This document shows, piece by piece, positions 9,702 through 19,802 of a DNA stretch of 64,000 nucleotides. The position numbers and the translations under genes were made by a program. Below the pieces are notes generated by a model. The model ran no database searches and had not been told where the DNA came from. It worked only from the letters and a program-made list of their open reading frames with translations. The DNA comes from Candidatus Bathyarchaeota archaeon (GTDB lineage Archaea > Thermoproteota > Bathyarchaeia > Bathyarchaeales > Bathycorpusculaceae), in assembly GCA_963811105.1 (NCBI GenBank), contig CAWEPZ010000011.1:736001-800000 (forward strand). Reading direction: 5' to 3'. The number at the start of each line of letters is the position of its first letter. Position 1 is the first letter of the stretch.

Positions 9702-10409
9702 TCATGTGATTTTAAAGTAAACACGTTTGTTGTTTTTCCCTTTATTTTCAGCTCTTACCAATTCTATTTTACCCACTTCTTGAAGACTGCGCACATGAGT
9801 ACCTCCATCAGCTTGCCTATCCACACCGACTATTTCCACAACGCGAAGTAACGGAATATCAGGTGGCAAAGCTTCCGCCATCTTAATTATACCCGGGATT
9901 TTCATCGCTTCCACTTTCGGCAACTCGTACCATTTTACAGGAATATCCTTGCTGAGGAGCTCATTCGCCTTAGTGACATATTGGTCTAAGATTTGCTTGT
10001 CGAAGTTTTCAAAGTTAAAATCAAAACGGATACAGTCTTCATCAAGCTGATTGCCAGTGACAAGAGCACCAGTTCCGACGCATAAAAGTGAGGCAAACAA
10101 ATGAGCAGCTGTATGACTCCGCATAAGTTTGTACCTTCGTTCCCAGTCTAGGACGCAGCGAACTCTGTCCCCATTTTTAAGACCTGCTCGATCTACCTCG
10201 TGAGAAATCTCTCCCGAAAACTTTCCCACAAAAACCACATCATAACTTTCATTATCCTTAACAATTTTGCCAGTATCCCAAGGTTGACCTCCTCCTTTGG
10301 GGTAAAAAATGGTTTGATCAAGGACTACGTATTTTTGGTCCTTAACAGAAACTACAACGGCGTCGCACTCTTTGAGATAACTGTCGTTTAAAAACAACAT
10401 TTTTGTCAA
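9702..10409 (-). CDS. alaXM: alanyl-tRNA editing protein AlaX-M
   Basis: TIFYPKGGGQPWD, HTAAH, RFDF, DGGTH; start likely MTKMLF. Confidence 0.9.
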   Translation of the reverse strand: MTKMLFLNDSYLKECDAVVVSVKDQKYVVLDQTIFYPKGGGQPWDTGKIVKDNESYDVVFVGKFSGEISHEVDRAGLKNGDRVRCVLDWERRYKLMRSHTAAHLFASLLCVGTGALVTGNQLDEDCIRFDFNFENFDKQILDQYVTKANELLSKDIPVKWYELPKVEAMKIPGIIKMAEALPPDIPLLRVVEIVGVDRQADGGTHVRSLQEVGKIELVRAENKGKNNKRVYFKIT

Positions 10410-10699
10410 CAAGAAGGCTGCCTCATTAATACAATCATATATTCTATTTATGATCAAAAGTCTATATTTGTTTATTTTACCTAAAAAAACTATTGTCGAA
10501 CAGCACCCGCTAAAGACTTGCATAACGAAATTACTAGTATTTTCCTGGTTCGAAAGATTCATATCCTGAATTATCATGGCGAAAAAGATTATCTGGACTT
10601 ATTTTTTCCGTGTATAAAAGGAAAAAGTTACAAGATATCTTGGGAAAATCTATTCTAAGGTGAAATATCAAAGATTATGAAGGAAAAAGAAGAAGTTGC

Positions 10700-10735
10700 G
10701 GGTTACATCTCCACTTCGACATGGGTTCAATTCCA
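10700..10735 (+). repeat. att-like dispersed repeat, copy 4
   Basis: GGGTTACATCTCCA-CTTCGACA-TGGGTTCAATTCCA, preceded by an A-rich purine tract. Confidence 0.85.
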
Positions 10736-10919
10736 GTCTACACTAAAATTGTAAAGGAGTGCGTTCTTTATACCTATTATTGGCCGTGAACCTATCATGC
10801 CAGCCGGTGATAGAAGGAAGTCTTATAGGGTAAGATAACCTTTATTTTTTGACGGCCCTTTCTTGATTTAGCGATAAAAAAGCCGATTCTAAAGATAACT
10901 CCAAGGCGTTGCAGTAAAT

Positions 10920-12704
10920 ATGATAGAAATTAGTCAAAATGAGCATCTCGATGCGTTGTTGGTGTATGTTAGAGTGGTTTCTTTGCCGTGGATATTTCCT
11001 CGCCAATCACAATTGGGTCTTTATTATCTCGCACAACAAGCAAGTGAGAAAGGTTTCAAGGTTCTTGTAGATAATTTATCTTCGAACGACCATATTGGTC
11101 AGAGGATAAACCGACTTCTAAATGAACATAGCTGTCGTCTTGTCGGGTTTTACGTAGATCAAGATAACATGTGGACATTAAGGAGGGTCTTGCCTCCGCT
11201 AAAAAGGTCAATACCTGACTTAAGCATTATACTCGGTGGACCTCAAGTCACCGCTGATGCTGAATCTGTCCTGAGTTTTATTCCTGAAGCAACCTGTGGT
11301 GTAATAGGTGAAGGAGAGGCTACTTTTGTTGAGCTGCTCGCTCTTCCTTCACTCTGCCTAGAGAACCTAGAAAAATGCAAAGGCCTTGCATTAAACGATA
11401 ATGGGACAATCCGTAGGACGCCTCCAAGGGAGCCTATTGATCCGTTAGACTGCCTTTCTATCCCTGAACGCAAGAAACTTAGTACAGACCCAAACAACGA
11501 ACTTCCCACGATGATTACAGGAAGAGGCTGCATTGGACAGTGCGCTTTTTGTTATGAGAGCAAGCACGGAAAACGCCTTCGTTTTCACTCAGTTCAGCGA
11601 AGCCTAAAAGAGTTTGATTATCTGGTCCAAGAGTTTGAAAAAAGCTATATCACAATATTGGATGATTCTTTCGTAACCAATGTAAGCAGGTTAAGAGAAT
11701 TCTGCATGCAACTCATAAGCAAATACGAAGGAAAAGTGAAATGGTTCTGCGAGTCGCGTGTTGATATTTTAGATAAGAACCCAGACCTGCTTCCGCTTAT
11801 GATTGAAGCAGGACTTATCCGTCTTCAAGTGGGCGGTGAGTCGGGAAATCAGCATATTCTCGACTTATATGGAAAAGGGACAACGCTGCAACAGATGATA
11901 TCAGTAGTTGAGTCAGCAAAAAAGAACGGACTTTTATCGCTTTATGCAAATTTCATCATAGGAGGCGCAAAGGAAACACGTGCTACATACCAAGATACAT
12001 TGAATTTTGCCCTTAAACTACTGGACCTTGCACCTGGGTGCATGGAGATTGGGAGCTCTTTCTACACTCCATACCCTGGAACACGCATGTACAAAGATCC
12101 CGAAGCTTTTGGAATCGAAGTTATTGATAAAAATGTTGTAACAGGCGCAGGAGATCAACACGTTTTTGTTAGGACTAAGGAACTTTCCAGATTCGATATT
12201 CTGGATATAAATGTTGATTTTAAAAGTAAAATTGAACGGAAAATGATTGAGCTATCTAAACAGCTTCCTAAAGAAGTGATTTACAAACATTTCCAAGCAT
12301 TTGATAAATGGGCTCTTATTACAGATTGGTATAAGATTTTTAGGAACGAAAACGCCAACGTTTATTCTTATTTTAAGTCAATCTCTGTTGGATCTTGCAA
12401 GAGATTTGAAGAGATTGCAAGAAAGGAGTTATCAGAAGCTTATCCTTGTCGAACTACAGAACTTGTAACCTCAAAGGATGAAAGGTACATAGTTCGTATT
12501 TTTGACGGTTCACTATGTATATTAGATCCACTTGAAAGTACGATTCTTGAACTGTCCGCTGGTAAACTCAGTTTTGACGAAATAATAACAATTATTGGCG
12601 ATCGTGTTCCTGAGATTTCATTAAATAAGATACGGGAAGCTTGTATTGTTCGATATGAAAAATTCGAAAGGGAGTGTCTCGTTGTTTGGAGGATCGGAGA
12701 TTAA
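10920..12704 (+). CDS. B12-binding radical SAM enzyme with C-terminal PqqD/RRE-like domain
   Basis: LGLYYLA, ILGGPQVT and GEGE (cobalamin-binding domain); GRGCIGQCAFC; TPYPGT; C-terminal LDPLESTILELSAGKLSFDEII. Confidence 0.88.
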   Translation: MIEISQNEHLDALLVYVRVVSLPWIFPRQSQLGLYYLAQQASEKGFKVLVDNLSSNDHIGQRINRLLNEHSCRLVGFYVDQDNMWTLRRVLPPLKRSIPDLSIILGGPQVTADAESVLSFIPEATCGVIGEGEATFVELLALPSLCLENLEKCKGLALNDNGTIRRTPPREPIDPLDCLSIPERKKLSTDPNNELPTMITGRGCIGQCAFCYESKHGKRLRFHSVQRSLKEFDYLVQEFEKSYITILDDSFVTNVSRLREFCMQLISKYEGKVKWFCESRVDILDKNPDLLPLMIEAGLIRLQVGGESGNQHILDLYGKGTTLQQMISVVESAKKNGLLSLYANFIIGGAKETRATYQDTLNFALKLLDLAPGCMEIGSSFYTPYPGTRMYKDPEAFGIEVIDKNVVTGAGDQHVFVRTKELSRFDILDINVDFKSKIERKMIELSKQLPKEVIYKHFQAFDKWALITDWYKIFRNENANVYSYFKSISVGSCKRFEEIARKELSEAYPCRTTELVTSKDERYIVRIFDGSLCILDPLESTILELSAGKLSFDEIITIIGDRVPEISLNKIREACIVRYEKFERECLVVWRIGD

Positions 12705-12753
12705 ATTCCTTCCGTATGGATGAAATGGAAGTGTTGCCAGGAAATTCATTCAC

Positions 12754-12788
12754 ATTTTCTGAAAATTGATTTCTGAAAATATTTAAGT
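12754..12788 (+). promoter_or_regulatory. tandem palindromic operator-like site next to a TATA box
   Basis: ATTTTCTGAAAAT (perfect palindrome around a central T), then ATTTCTGAAAAT, then ATTTAAGT, upstream of 12895. Confidence 0.45.
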
Positions 12789-12894
12789 ATTTGCGATAGT
12801 AGATGTATTAGTAGGATTTACTTCTTAACTCAAAAGTCTTGTTATCCAATAGGAACATAAAAAAAATTATCAACGCAGAAAAGAGGTGAGTTTA

Positions 12895-13278
12895 ATGGAT
12901 AAGAAAAATAACGGTGAGAAGATCAAGAAGCAAAAACTCCGCGTAGAGTTTGAAATGAGTCCTGAAGATGTAAAGAGACTACTCTCCTATGGCAAAAAGA
13001 AGTCGATGAAAATTAGCGATGAAGAACTAAGTAGACTCGGTAAAGAAGGCGCAATCAAAGCATCAGATTACCTCGACAACACGCAGGCTAGTTTTGCTTC
13101 TCGCGCAGCATCGGGTTGGATAAGTGAGATAAGCGATAAAGTAAGTGATGAATTATCGGAAGCTAGCGATCAAATTCATAATCCAGAAGTACAGGAAGCA
13201 GCAGCTTTCACTGTAGAAGTTGCCCTTGTAGCTGCAAAGAGGACTAAAGAATCTACCGAACAACGTCCCAAAGAATAA
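12895..13278 (+). CDS. candidate RiPP precursor peptide (127 aa)
   Basis: GAGGTGA RBS followed by ATG; ISDEELSRLG leader-like motif; Ser/Ala/Val/Glu-rich C-terminal half; lies directly after the RRE-like radical SAM gene. Confidence 0.55.
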   Translation: MDKKNNGEKIKKQKLRVEFEMSPEDVKRLLSYGKKKSMKISDEELSRLGKEGAIKASDYLDNTQASFASRAASGWISEISDKVSDELSEASDQIHNPEVQEAAAFTVEVALVAAKRTKESTEQRPKE

Positions 13279-13378
13279 TGCGATAGTATAAGCTGAAATC
13301 TTTCAAGAGCCTATACTCTCCTCCACTATTCTTTACCCATAACTTAATGGAGATACATTTTATCGAGGAAAAAATCAT

Positions 13379-13414
13379 GGGTAAGCTGTCCATTTGCCTT
13401 TAGGTTCAAATCTT
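13379..13414 (+). repeat. att-like dispersed repeat, copy 5 (degenerate)
   Basis: GGGTAAGCTGTCCA-TTTGCCTT-TAGGTTCAAATCTT; same 36-nt spacing. Confidence 0.65.
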
Positions 13415-13802
13415 GTCTGCATAACGCTGAACCAAAAAGAACCTCTTGATACAATAATATGTGTTCTATTCTCAGAAATTAGGTTAGTAAAGAGTATTGG
13501 ACACGCATTAAGTTTGGAGAGTGTGTACTTACTCTTACAGGAAGATGCCACCTACAGCATAACTTAAATTACTAATCAATTCAAAGCTCCAATTATAGAT
13601 GAATAATTTCTTTTTATCCGCTTTTTTAAGCATCCTGGACATTCCATTTTTTGCTTCACCAGCCTCCAATTGATAATGGGAATCTTACACCTTTTGATTT
13701 GATGTAGTTTGTTACCACGCTCTTTTGAGTCATCCAAAAACCCAGTCTATCAAAAAATCGGTGATTTAGACAACTCTTCAAATTACAAAAAGAGGGAAAT
13801 GC

Positions 13803-13838
13803 GGGTGTCACCTCCAACAGGGCATGGGTTCAAATCCC
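13803..13838 (+). repeat. att-like dispersed repeat, copy 6
   Basis: GGGTGTCACCTCCA-ACAGGGCA-TGGGTTCAAATCCC; perfect T-arm ATGGG-TTCAAAT-CCCAT. Confidence 0.85.
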
Positions 13839-13901
13839 ATAGTCCACTTCAACATCACCAACAACAAACACGGACTGTTACAAATATTTTGTAAATGTTC
13901 A

Positions 13902-13997
13902 TCATTTTCGTTTCCTGAAGATTTTGTTTTGGCCAAAGTCGCAAACGTACTCGAAACCTGCTTCGATTAACTTGCAGGCTTCTCCCTTTGCATTTCT
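13902..13997 (-). pseudogene. tyrosine integrase C-terminal relic
   Basis: RNAKGEACKLIEAGFEYVCDFGQNKIFRKRK* in a frame not listed in the ORF track; ends ~60 nt from repeat copy 6. Confidence 0.75.
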
Positions 13998-14312
13998 CCC
14001 GCACCACCCTTTTCTCGCTCCAACGAAACCGAGAACTCAAGATGCCAAAAACTGCCTTATTGCCTTGACCAAATATGTTTTGGCTGTTTTGTTCGAAGCA
14101 AAATATTTCGGCATGCCCAAATGCTCAGCGAAATTTATTTTCGGAGACCCTATTAACACAAAATTTTGGTTTTCATGGAACAACTCGCGGAAGACGAAAG
14201 CTTTTCAACTGATACGATATCAACCGTTATTCTAAATGATTATTGTTGATTCATAACCCTTTTCTACGTCTTCCAAGCAAATTTACTTGCGCGCTTAAGG
14301 CGGTTACTATTC

Positions 14313-16532
14313 GTGAAAATACGTTTGAAAACACTGCTCATACTTTTCTTAACAACGATCATCTTAATGTCGGTTGTTTACGCGGTTTCTCGAAAGATAA
14401 TGTTAGACGGCATCGCAGTATCTGAGAGCGAAGAGGCTGAATCTAACGTTCAAAGATTCATCACGAATTTGAACATAGAACTGCAAAGAATCAATTCAAC
14501 TAACTATGACTGGTCGCAGTGGGATGAAACATATCAATTCATTGAAAACAACAATACAGCTTACATAAATTCGAATCTGATGGACCAGACTTTCGTTAAT
14601 CTTAATGTAAACATGATGCTATTTGTCGATCAATCTGGTCAATTGGTGTTTGGCAAGGCATTCGACCTTGAAAATCAAACGGACATTAACCTGCAGAATG
14701 CCGAGGTAAGTCAGGTCTTGAACAATGATTTCCTCTTTACAAACGACCCTAGCCAAAGCGAAGGAGGTCTCATTCTTTTCGGAGGAACGCCGATGCTTGT
14801 AATCTCGCAGCCTATTTTAACAAGTGCAGCTGCGGGACCAGTTCGAGGAACTCTCATCATGGGAACTTTTCTCGATAAATCAGAGTCTGACTCCCTCGCA
14901 CAAGCAGTAGGACTACCTATTGAAACATTTACCATAGGCGCTTCTCCGATACCAAAGGATTTTCAGATAGCAAGCAAGAATCTATCACCCAAAGAACCAG
15001 TCTTTGCTCAAGTCACAAACCAAACTAATATAACAGGCTACGTTTTGCTCCAAGATGTAAGCGGCAATCCGATTTTGATAACAAAAGTCGACAGTTACAG
15101 AACCGCCTACATGCAGGCCCAAACTAGCCTCAATTACCTTCTTGGCTCATTTACTTTTTTAGGTATTGTCATTTTTGCGGTTACTTCTATTTTGTTGGAT
15201 AAAATTGTGCTCTCAAGGCTGAGACGGCTTACTAATGATGTAGTCAAAATAAAACCAAATAGTGATCAGCAAGAATACGTTTTAGTTAAAGGAAACGATG
15301 AATTGTCGAACTTGGGCTCTAGAATTAATGGCATGCTTACTAAAATAAGAGAATCTCGTGAAGAGCTTAAGAAACATGCAGAAAACCTTGAAATGAAAGT
15401 CAATGAACGAACAATAGACTTGAAAGTGAGTCAAGAGAAAATCAAAAGCATATTCCGTGCCTCTCCAGACACCATTATAGCAACCGACCTCCAAGGAAAC
15501 ATAATTGAATACAACCGGCAAATGAACAAATTTACTGGTTACACACGAGAGGACCTGATCGGAAAATCAGCGTTCTCCTTTATGTCTAGCGCCGATTCTA
15601 AGAAAGTTGCGAATCTATTGGAAGACATCGTAGAAAATGAATCAATTGCCAACTTTGAGTGCCACCTCGCAAAGAAAGATGGGTCCACATACCCAGTTGA
15701 ACTAACGATAAGCGCCTTACGAGACGTTCAGAATATGCCATACGGTTTTGTTGCGATAATTCGAGATTTAACTGAAAAGAAAGAATTAGAAAAGAAGCTG
15801 TTCCAATCTGAAAGATTAGCGGCCATCGGAGAGTTGGCAGGGATGGTAGGTCATGACCTGCGTAATCCTTTAGCAGCTATCAAAAATGCTGCCTACTTCT
15901 TGAAAAAGAAAGGCGCTTCAATCAAAGAGGAGCAAGCTAAAGAAATGCTTGAGGCAATTGAGAAGGGAATTGACCATTCAGACAAAATTATCAAGGACCT
16001 CTTGGACTACGCAAGAAATATGCATTTGGAACTGCAAGTGAACTCAGTGCATAATGTTCTGACAGATGCACTGGCAATGGTTAGAATTCCAGAAAATGTG
16101 AATGTCATAAATACGGTTTCAGAAGAGCCCACCTTCACAATCGATAAAAACAAGATAGAACGCGTTTTCATTAACCTTGTCAATAACGCCGTAGATGCAA
16201 TGCCAAACGGAGGCACAATCACAATAAACTGCAAACAGTCCAACGACATTGTAGATATTACTTTCGCTGACACTGGGACAGGTATTCCAGAAGAAATTTT
16301 GCCAAAGATCTTCTCCCCGCTATTCACTACAAAGGCGCAGGGGATGGGCTTCGGCTTAGCCATATGCAAACGCATCATCGAGGCGCATGGAGGAACAATA
16401 GCGGTTGAAACTGAGAAAAGCAAAGGCACAAGATTCAAGATTACTTTGCCGACTAAAACTGAACAAACAACAGAAGACAAAGAACATTGGGTAACCATTC
16501 CCGAATATTTGTTGTCGACAACAAAAGCATAA
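14313..16532 (+). CDS. sensor histidine kinase (CHASE4-HAMP-PAS-HisKA-HATPase)
   Basis: DWSQWDETYQF, two TMs, HDLRNPL, NAVDAM, DTGTG, GMGFGL. Confidence 0.92.
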   Translation: MKIRLKTLLILFLTTIILMSVVYAVSRKIMLDGIAVSESEEAESNVQRFITNLNIELQRINSTNYDWSQWDETYQFIENNNTAYINSNLMDQTFVNLNVNMMLFVDQSGQLVFGKAFDLENQTDINLQNAEVSQVLNNDFLFTNDPSQSEGGLILFGGTPMLVISQPILTSAAAGPVRGTLIMGTFLDKSESDSLAQAVGLPIETFTIGASPIPKDFQIASKNLSPKEPVFAQVTNQTNITGYVLLQDVSGNPILITKVDSYRTAYMQAQTSLNYLLGSFTFLGIVIFAVTSILLDKIVLSRLRRLTNDVVKIKPNSDQQEYVLVKGNDELSNLGSRINGMLTKIRESREELKKHAENLEMKVNERTIDLKVSQEKIKSIFRASPDTIIATDLQGNIIEYNRQMNKFTGYTREDLIGKSAFSFMSSADSKKVANLLEDIVENESIANFECHLAKKDGSTYPVELTISALRDVQNMPYGFVAIIRDLTEKKELEKKLFQSERLAAIGELAGMVGHDLRNPLAAIKNAAYFLKKKGASIKEEQAKEMLEAIEKGIDHSDKIIKDLLDYARNMHLELQVNSVHNVLTDALAMVRIPENVNVINTVSEEPTFTIDKNKIERVFINLVNNAVDAMPNGGTITINCKQSNDIVDITFADTGTGIPEEILPKIFSPLFTTKAQGMGFGLAICKRIIEAHGGTIAVETEKSKGTRFKITLPTKTEQTTEDKEHWVTIPEYLLSTTKA

Positions 16533-16564
16533 AAAACACTATAAAATCAATCGTTATCCCTTGA
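16487..16564 (+). pseudogene. truncated response-regulator receiver stub
   Basis: MGNHSRIFVVDNKSIKNTIKSIVIP* overlapping the kinase 3' end; resembles a receiver N-terminus (RILVVDD..I). Confidence 0.55.
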
Positions 16565-16904
16565 TCTGATATTACGGGATGAAATAGGCAGGTAAGCACG
16601 CTGCTTTGTCCATCTATTGAGTCATACAATTTTTCAGGAGACATCCAAAATACTTTACCGTCCATTATATTCATGAGAGAGCAAGGGGTATGACAATTCT
16701 AACACGTTAAACACTAGCTTTTGGAAGTTATTCGCGATTCTTGTCTTGAATACTATTTTGGTTTCAGTGAACTAAATGACCGACAAAAGATTTGGCATTG
16801 TCGGGACTACAAATATAAAATAGATAATGATAGACAAACGAACGAAAAGAAAGAACTGGAAAGTAGCATAAACAATTAATAGCAATTTCACGCTTTCACG
16901 AATT

Positions 16905-17324
16905 ATGAAAGTCGCAGTTTTTTACCTCTCAAGAACTGGAAACACAAAGCGTTTTGCAGAAGCAATAGCTGAATCACTAAAAACTCCGCTTTTTGATATA
17001 ACACTAATTGATCCTGAATCACAAGCAGACTATGATTTGCTAATCATCGGCACGCCAGTAAATGGTTTTAGAGCATGCCCCGAAGTGTCATCATTCGTTC
17101 AAAAACTGCCAGAAGGAGTAAATAAAAAAGCGATTCTTTTTTGCACCTACGCAATAGCAAAAGGAAACACCCTCAAAAACCTTGAACAAGAGCTTTCAAA
17201 AAAAGGATACATGACTCTTTTAGCAGTGTCTAAGAGAGGAGTAAAACCGAACAAAAACGACTTCGAGGATGCCTTAAGCGAAGTAGCCACCTGCATTAAA
17301 CAGGTCCAGCAAACTCAACAATAA
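16905..17324 (+). CDS. flavodoxin family protein
   Basis: YLSRTGNT, IIGTPV. Confidence 0.9.
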   Translation: MKVAVFYLSRTGNTKRFAEAIAESLKTPLFDITLIDPESQADYDLLIIGTPVNGFRACPEVSSFVQKLPEGVNKKAILFCTYAIAKGNTLKNLEQELSKKGYMTLLAVSKRGVKPNKNDFEDALSEVATCIKQVQQTQQ

Positions 17325-17881
17325 TTTAATATTTACGACATCGCAAGCAAATACCTGTCAAAGCAATCAATACGAACAAAGAAAACTCGACAATTACTTG
17401 TGGATGACTAATTTGAATTTGCAGGGTTTGCAGGTTCTACAAAGTGTAAATAAGGAACCCTAAAGGAACAAGACTAAGCAACATGAATGTTGTGCCAATG
17501 GTTCGCTTAGTTTCTGGTTTCATTTCAATCCATTAAGAGCACAGATAATTGTTGACTTGTGGCTTTCAGTTTTGCCCAGTTGCCGGGTGTTTCTGTTTCA
17601 CGATGTCTGAGATTCTTAATTCTGGATGATGGCATCGGTTCTTTCGAAAGGTTATTTTTCCCGCTTGTACAGCTTCTTTTGGACACCATTGAAGACAAGC
17701 AAAGCAAAGTTTGGTTGAGTTCTTGCCATGATTGCTGCGCATATAAGAATTTTTAAGTGTCAAAGAAAAAGGCAAAGCCAAAAACATTTCTAGAATATTA
17801 CACAATTCTTTTTTCATTTCAATATGTAGTCTAAAGAGTATAACTATAATAGTTTGCAGGACAGTTTTCGAAAGGATAACA

Positions 17882-18982
17882 ATGACCAAAACTTCCCAAC
17901 CAGACGAGCAATTAAATCTCAACATTAACAAAATAGTTAACGATGCCTTAGGCGTCTTCTTCAAAGATGCTGTAAAGATTGCCCTGACAAGCCCATCTCA
18001 GTCGGTTTTCTTTTTGCGCACGCTTGGTTGGCAAAACAAAGCAGCTAAAATGAGGCGGAAGCTAGAAAGTACAGGGCTTCATGTTCCACCAGTCCTTGTG
18101 ATTAGTGTCACGAGCAAGTGCAACTTGCATTGTGAAGGATGCTACCATCAAGCGTTGAGGGCAAAAACTGACGCTGAAATGAGCGATGAGCGGCTTGAGC
18201 GACTGGTGGATGAGGCGAAGGAATTGGGCATTTCATTTATTGTGCTGGCAGGAGGTGAGCCACTAATGCGACCGAACATTCTTGACATCTCTCAGAGAAC
18301 TCCTGAAATAATGTTTTTAATGTTTACAAACGGTTTGTTGTTAAGTGACGAGGTTCTCAAGCGGATTTCAGATAATAAGAACATTGTTCCTTTGTTGAGT
18401 TTGGAAGGTTATCAGGTTGATACTGATGGCAGGCGTGGGACAGGGGTATATAATCAGCTCCTAAAGTCGATGAGTAAACTGAAGAATAGAGGTTTGTTCT
18501 GGGGAGCATCGCTGACCATGACAAGAACTAACTTTAATGAAGTCACCGATGATGCATTCATTAAACAACTCGTTGACAATGGATGCAAGCTTTTCATGTT
18601 AGTCGAATACACTCCTGTGATCGCAGGAACGGAAGATTGGGTTCTTAGTGAAGAGCAAAAATCAAAAGTTATTGCCATCCGTAATAACTTCCGAAAGAAA
18701 TACCCTGCCATGTTTATTGCTTTGCCGTGGGATGAAGATGAAATCGGCGGATGCCTTTCAGCAGGTCGCGGTTTCATACACATCAGTGCGGAGGGAAATG
18801 TTGAACCGTGCCCCTTCATCGCTTATTCTGATACCAATCTAAAAAATCTCTCACTCAGAGAAGCATTACAATCCAAAATGCTAAAAATTATTCGAGAAAA
18901 TCATGCAGAACTCAAAGAAATTCAGGGTTGTGCTCTTTGGGAAAAACGCGAATGGGTAAAATCTCTCTCGAAGACAGCCTAA
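17882..18982 (+). CDS. radical SAM/SPASM-twitch protein
   Basis: CNLHCEGC, GGEP, FTNG, GCLSAGR...VEPCPF. Confidence 0.9.
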   Translation: MTKTSQPDEQLNLNINKIVNDALGVFFKDAVKIALTSPSQSVFFLRTLGWQNKAAKMRRKLESTGLHVPPVLVISVTSKCNLHCEGCYHQALRAKTDAEMSDERLERLVDEAKELGISFIVLAGGEPLMRPNILDISQRTPEIMFLMFTNGLLLSDEVLKRISDNKNIVPLLSLEGYQVDTDGRRGTGVYNQLLKSMSKLKNRGLFWGASLTMTRTNFNEVTDDAFIKQLVDNGCKLFMLVEYTPVIAGTEDWVLSEEQKSKVIAIRNNFRKKYPAMFIALPWDEDEIGGCLSAGRGFIHISAEGNVEPCPFIAYSDTNLKNLSLREALQSKMLKIIRENHAELKEIQGCALWEKREWVKSLSKTA

Positions 18983-19059
18983 TGAAGATGAGAAAAAAGC
19001 AGAGCTTTCTCGTCAATAGAACAACTGGTAGGTTCGGCTTCTAAACAAAAGGCCCGCCC

Positions 19060-19180
19060 AAATCCTCAGTCTCGGCATAGCGATCGCTGGATTTGATCGC
19101 CGAACATCGGAAAGCGAATGCCGTTTCTCCAGACCCTCTTACTTTTACATTGGAGGAAGAGGGCTGCGGCTGATGCCGAT
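19060..19180 (-). pseudogene. zinc-ribbon relic, probable N-terminus of an integrase or mobile-element protein
   Basis: QCKSKRVWRNGIRFPMFGDQIQRSLCRD*GF, a decayed CxxC...QRxLCxxC ribbon in a GC-richer patch. Confidence 0.5.
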
Positions 19181-19802
19181 GGAGCCTTCTGTGGGCTCTG
19201 ACTTACAAAAATGAGGACTGGAATCAGTGCCATATGTGGAGCTAGGAGACTTTGTCTATGACGGAAACCTGAGGATCCATTGACATCATATTAAATTCCT
19301 GCTGATACTCCACCTACAACTAAAACTACCACAACAATTACGGCGAACAAAGTTCCTTTTACAATCCATATTTTTCGACATTAATTTTCCTCAAAATCTC
19401 ATTAACATAACTTTGATTAAAAACAATCAGACGGAAATACACCCATCTGAAAATCAACCTCGAAATATTTTTAGAACGATTTGTTCCATAATTGGACTTA
19501 TTGAGTTAAGAATAGATAACATAGATAGGAAGTAACTGAAAAAACACTGCAAAGCCCAATTAGTCCCAACCACATTTTTACTGTATTCATTTCTTCCGGC
19601 TCCATACAATTTAACACTTAATTCTTCAGGAAATATAAGGCATGTTTCAGCTCTGGAATATACCAAGAATTGAAAGCAACGGTAAGCAATATTACAACTG
19701 AAAGAATATACGCCTTAAGGCTCGGTCGGACGCTTGACAAAGCCTTTTTGGATTACAAAAATAATTATAAGACAAAACCATACTTGAAGGTCCATTTATC
19801 GT

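Noticed and set aside
3237-13838. The repeat as a CRISPR array, canonical integron attC or SECIS
   Set aside because: Copies are 0.4-5 kb apart and divergent; no AAC...GTT boxes or IntI; no adjacent intact gene with an in-frame UGA.
13790-13860. tRNA gene at GGGTTCAAATCCC
   Set aside because: No D-arm, anticodon arm or pairing acceptor stem; CTCCA is only 12 nt from the T-loop, too close for a Trp anticodon.
5195-19200. SSV-type split integrase flanking one provirus
   Set aside because: Fragment order is wrong, there are two different C-terminal relics, and no catalytic core, tRNA or virion genes are present.
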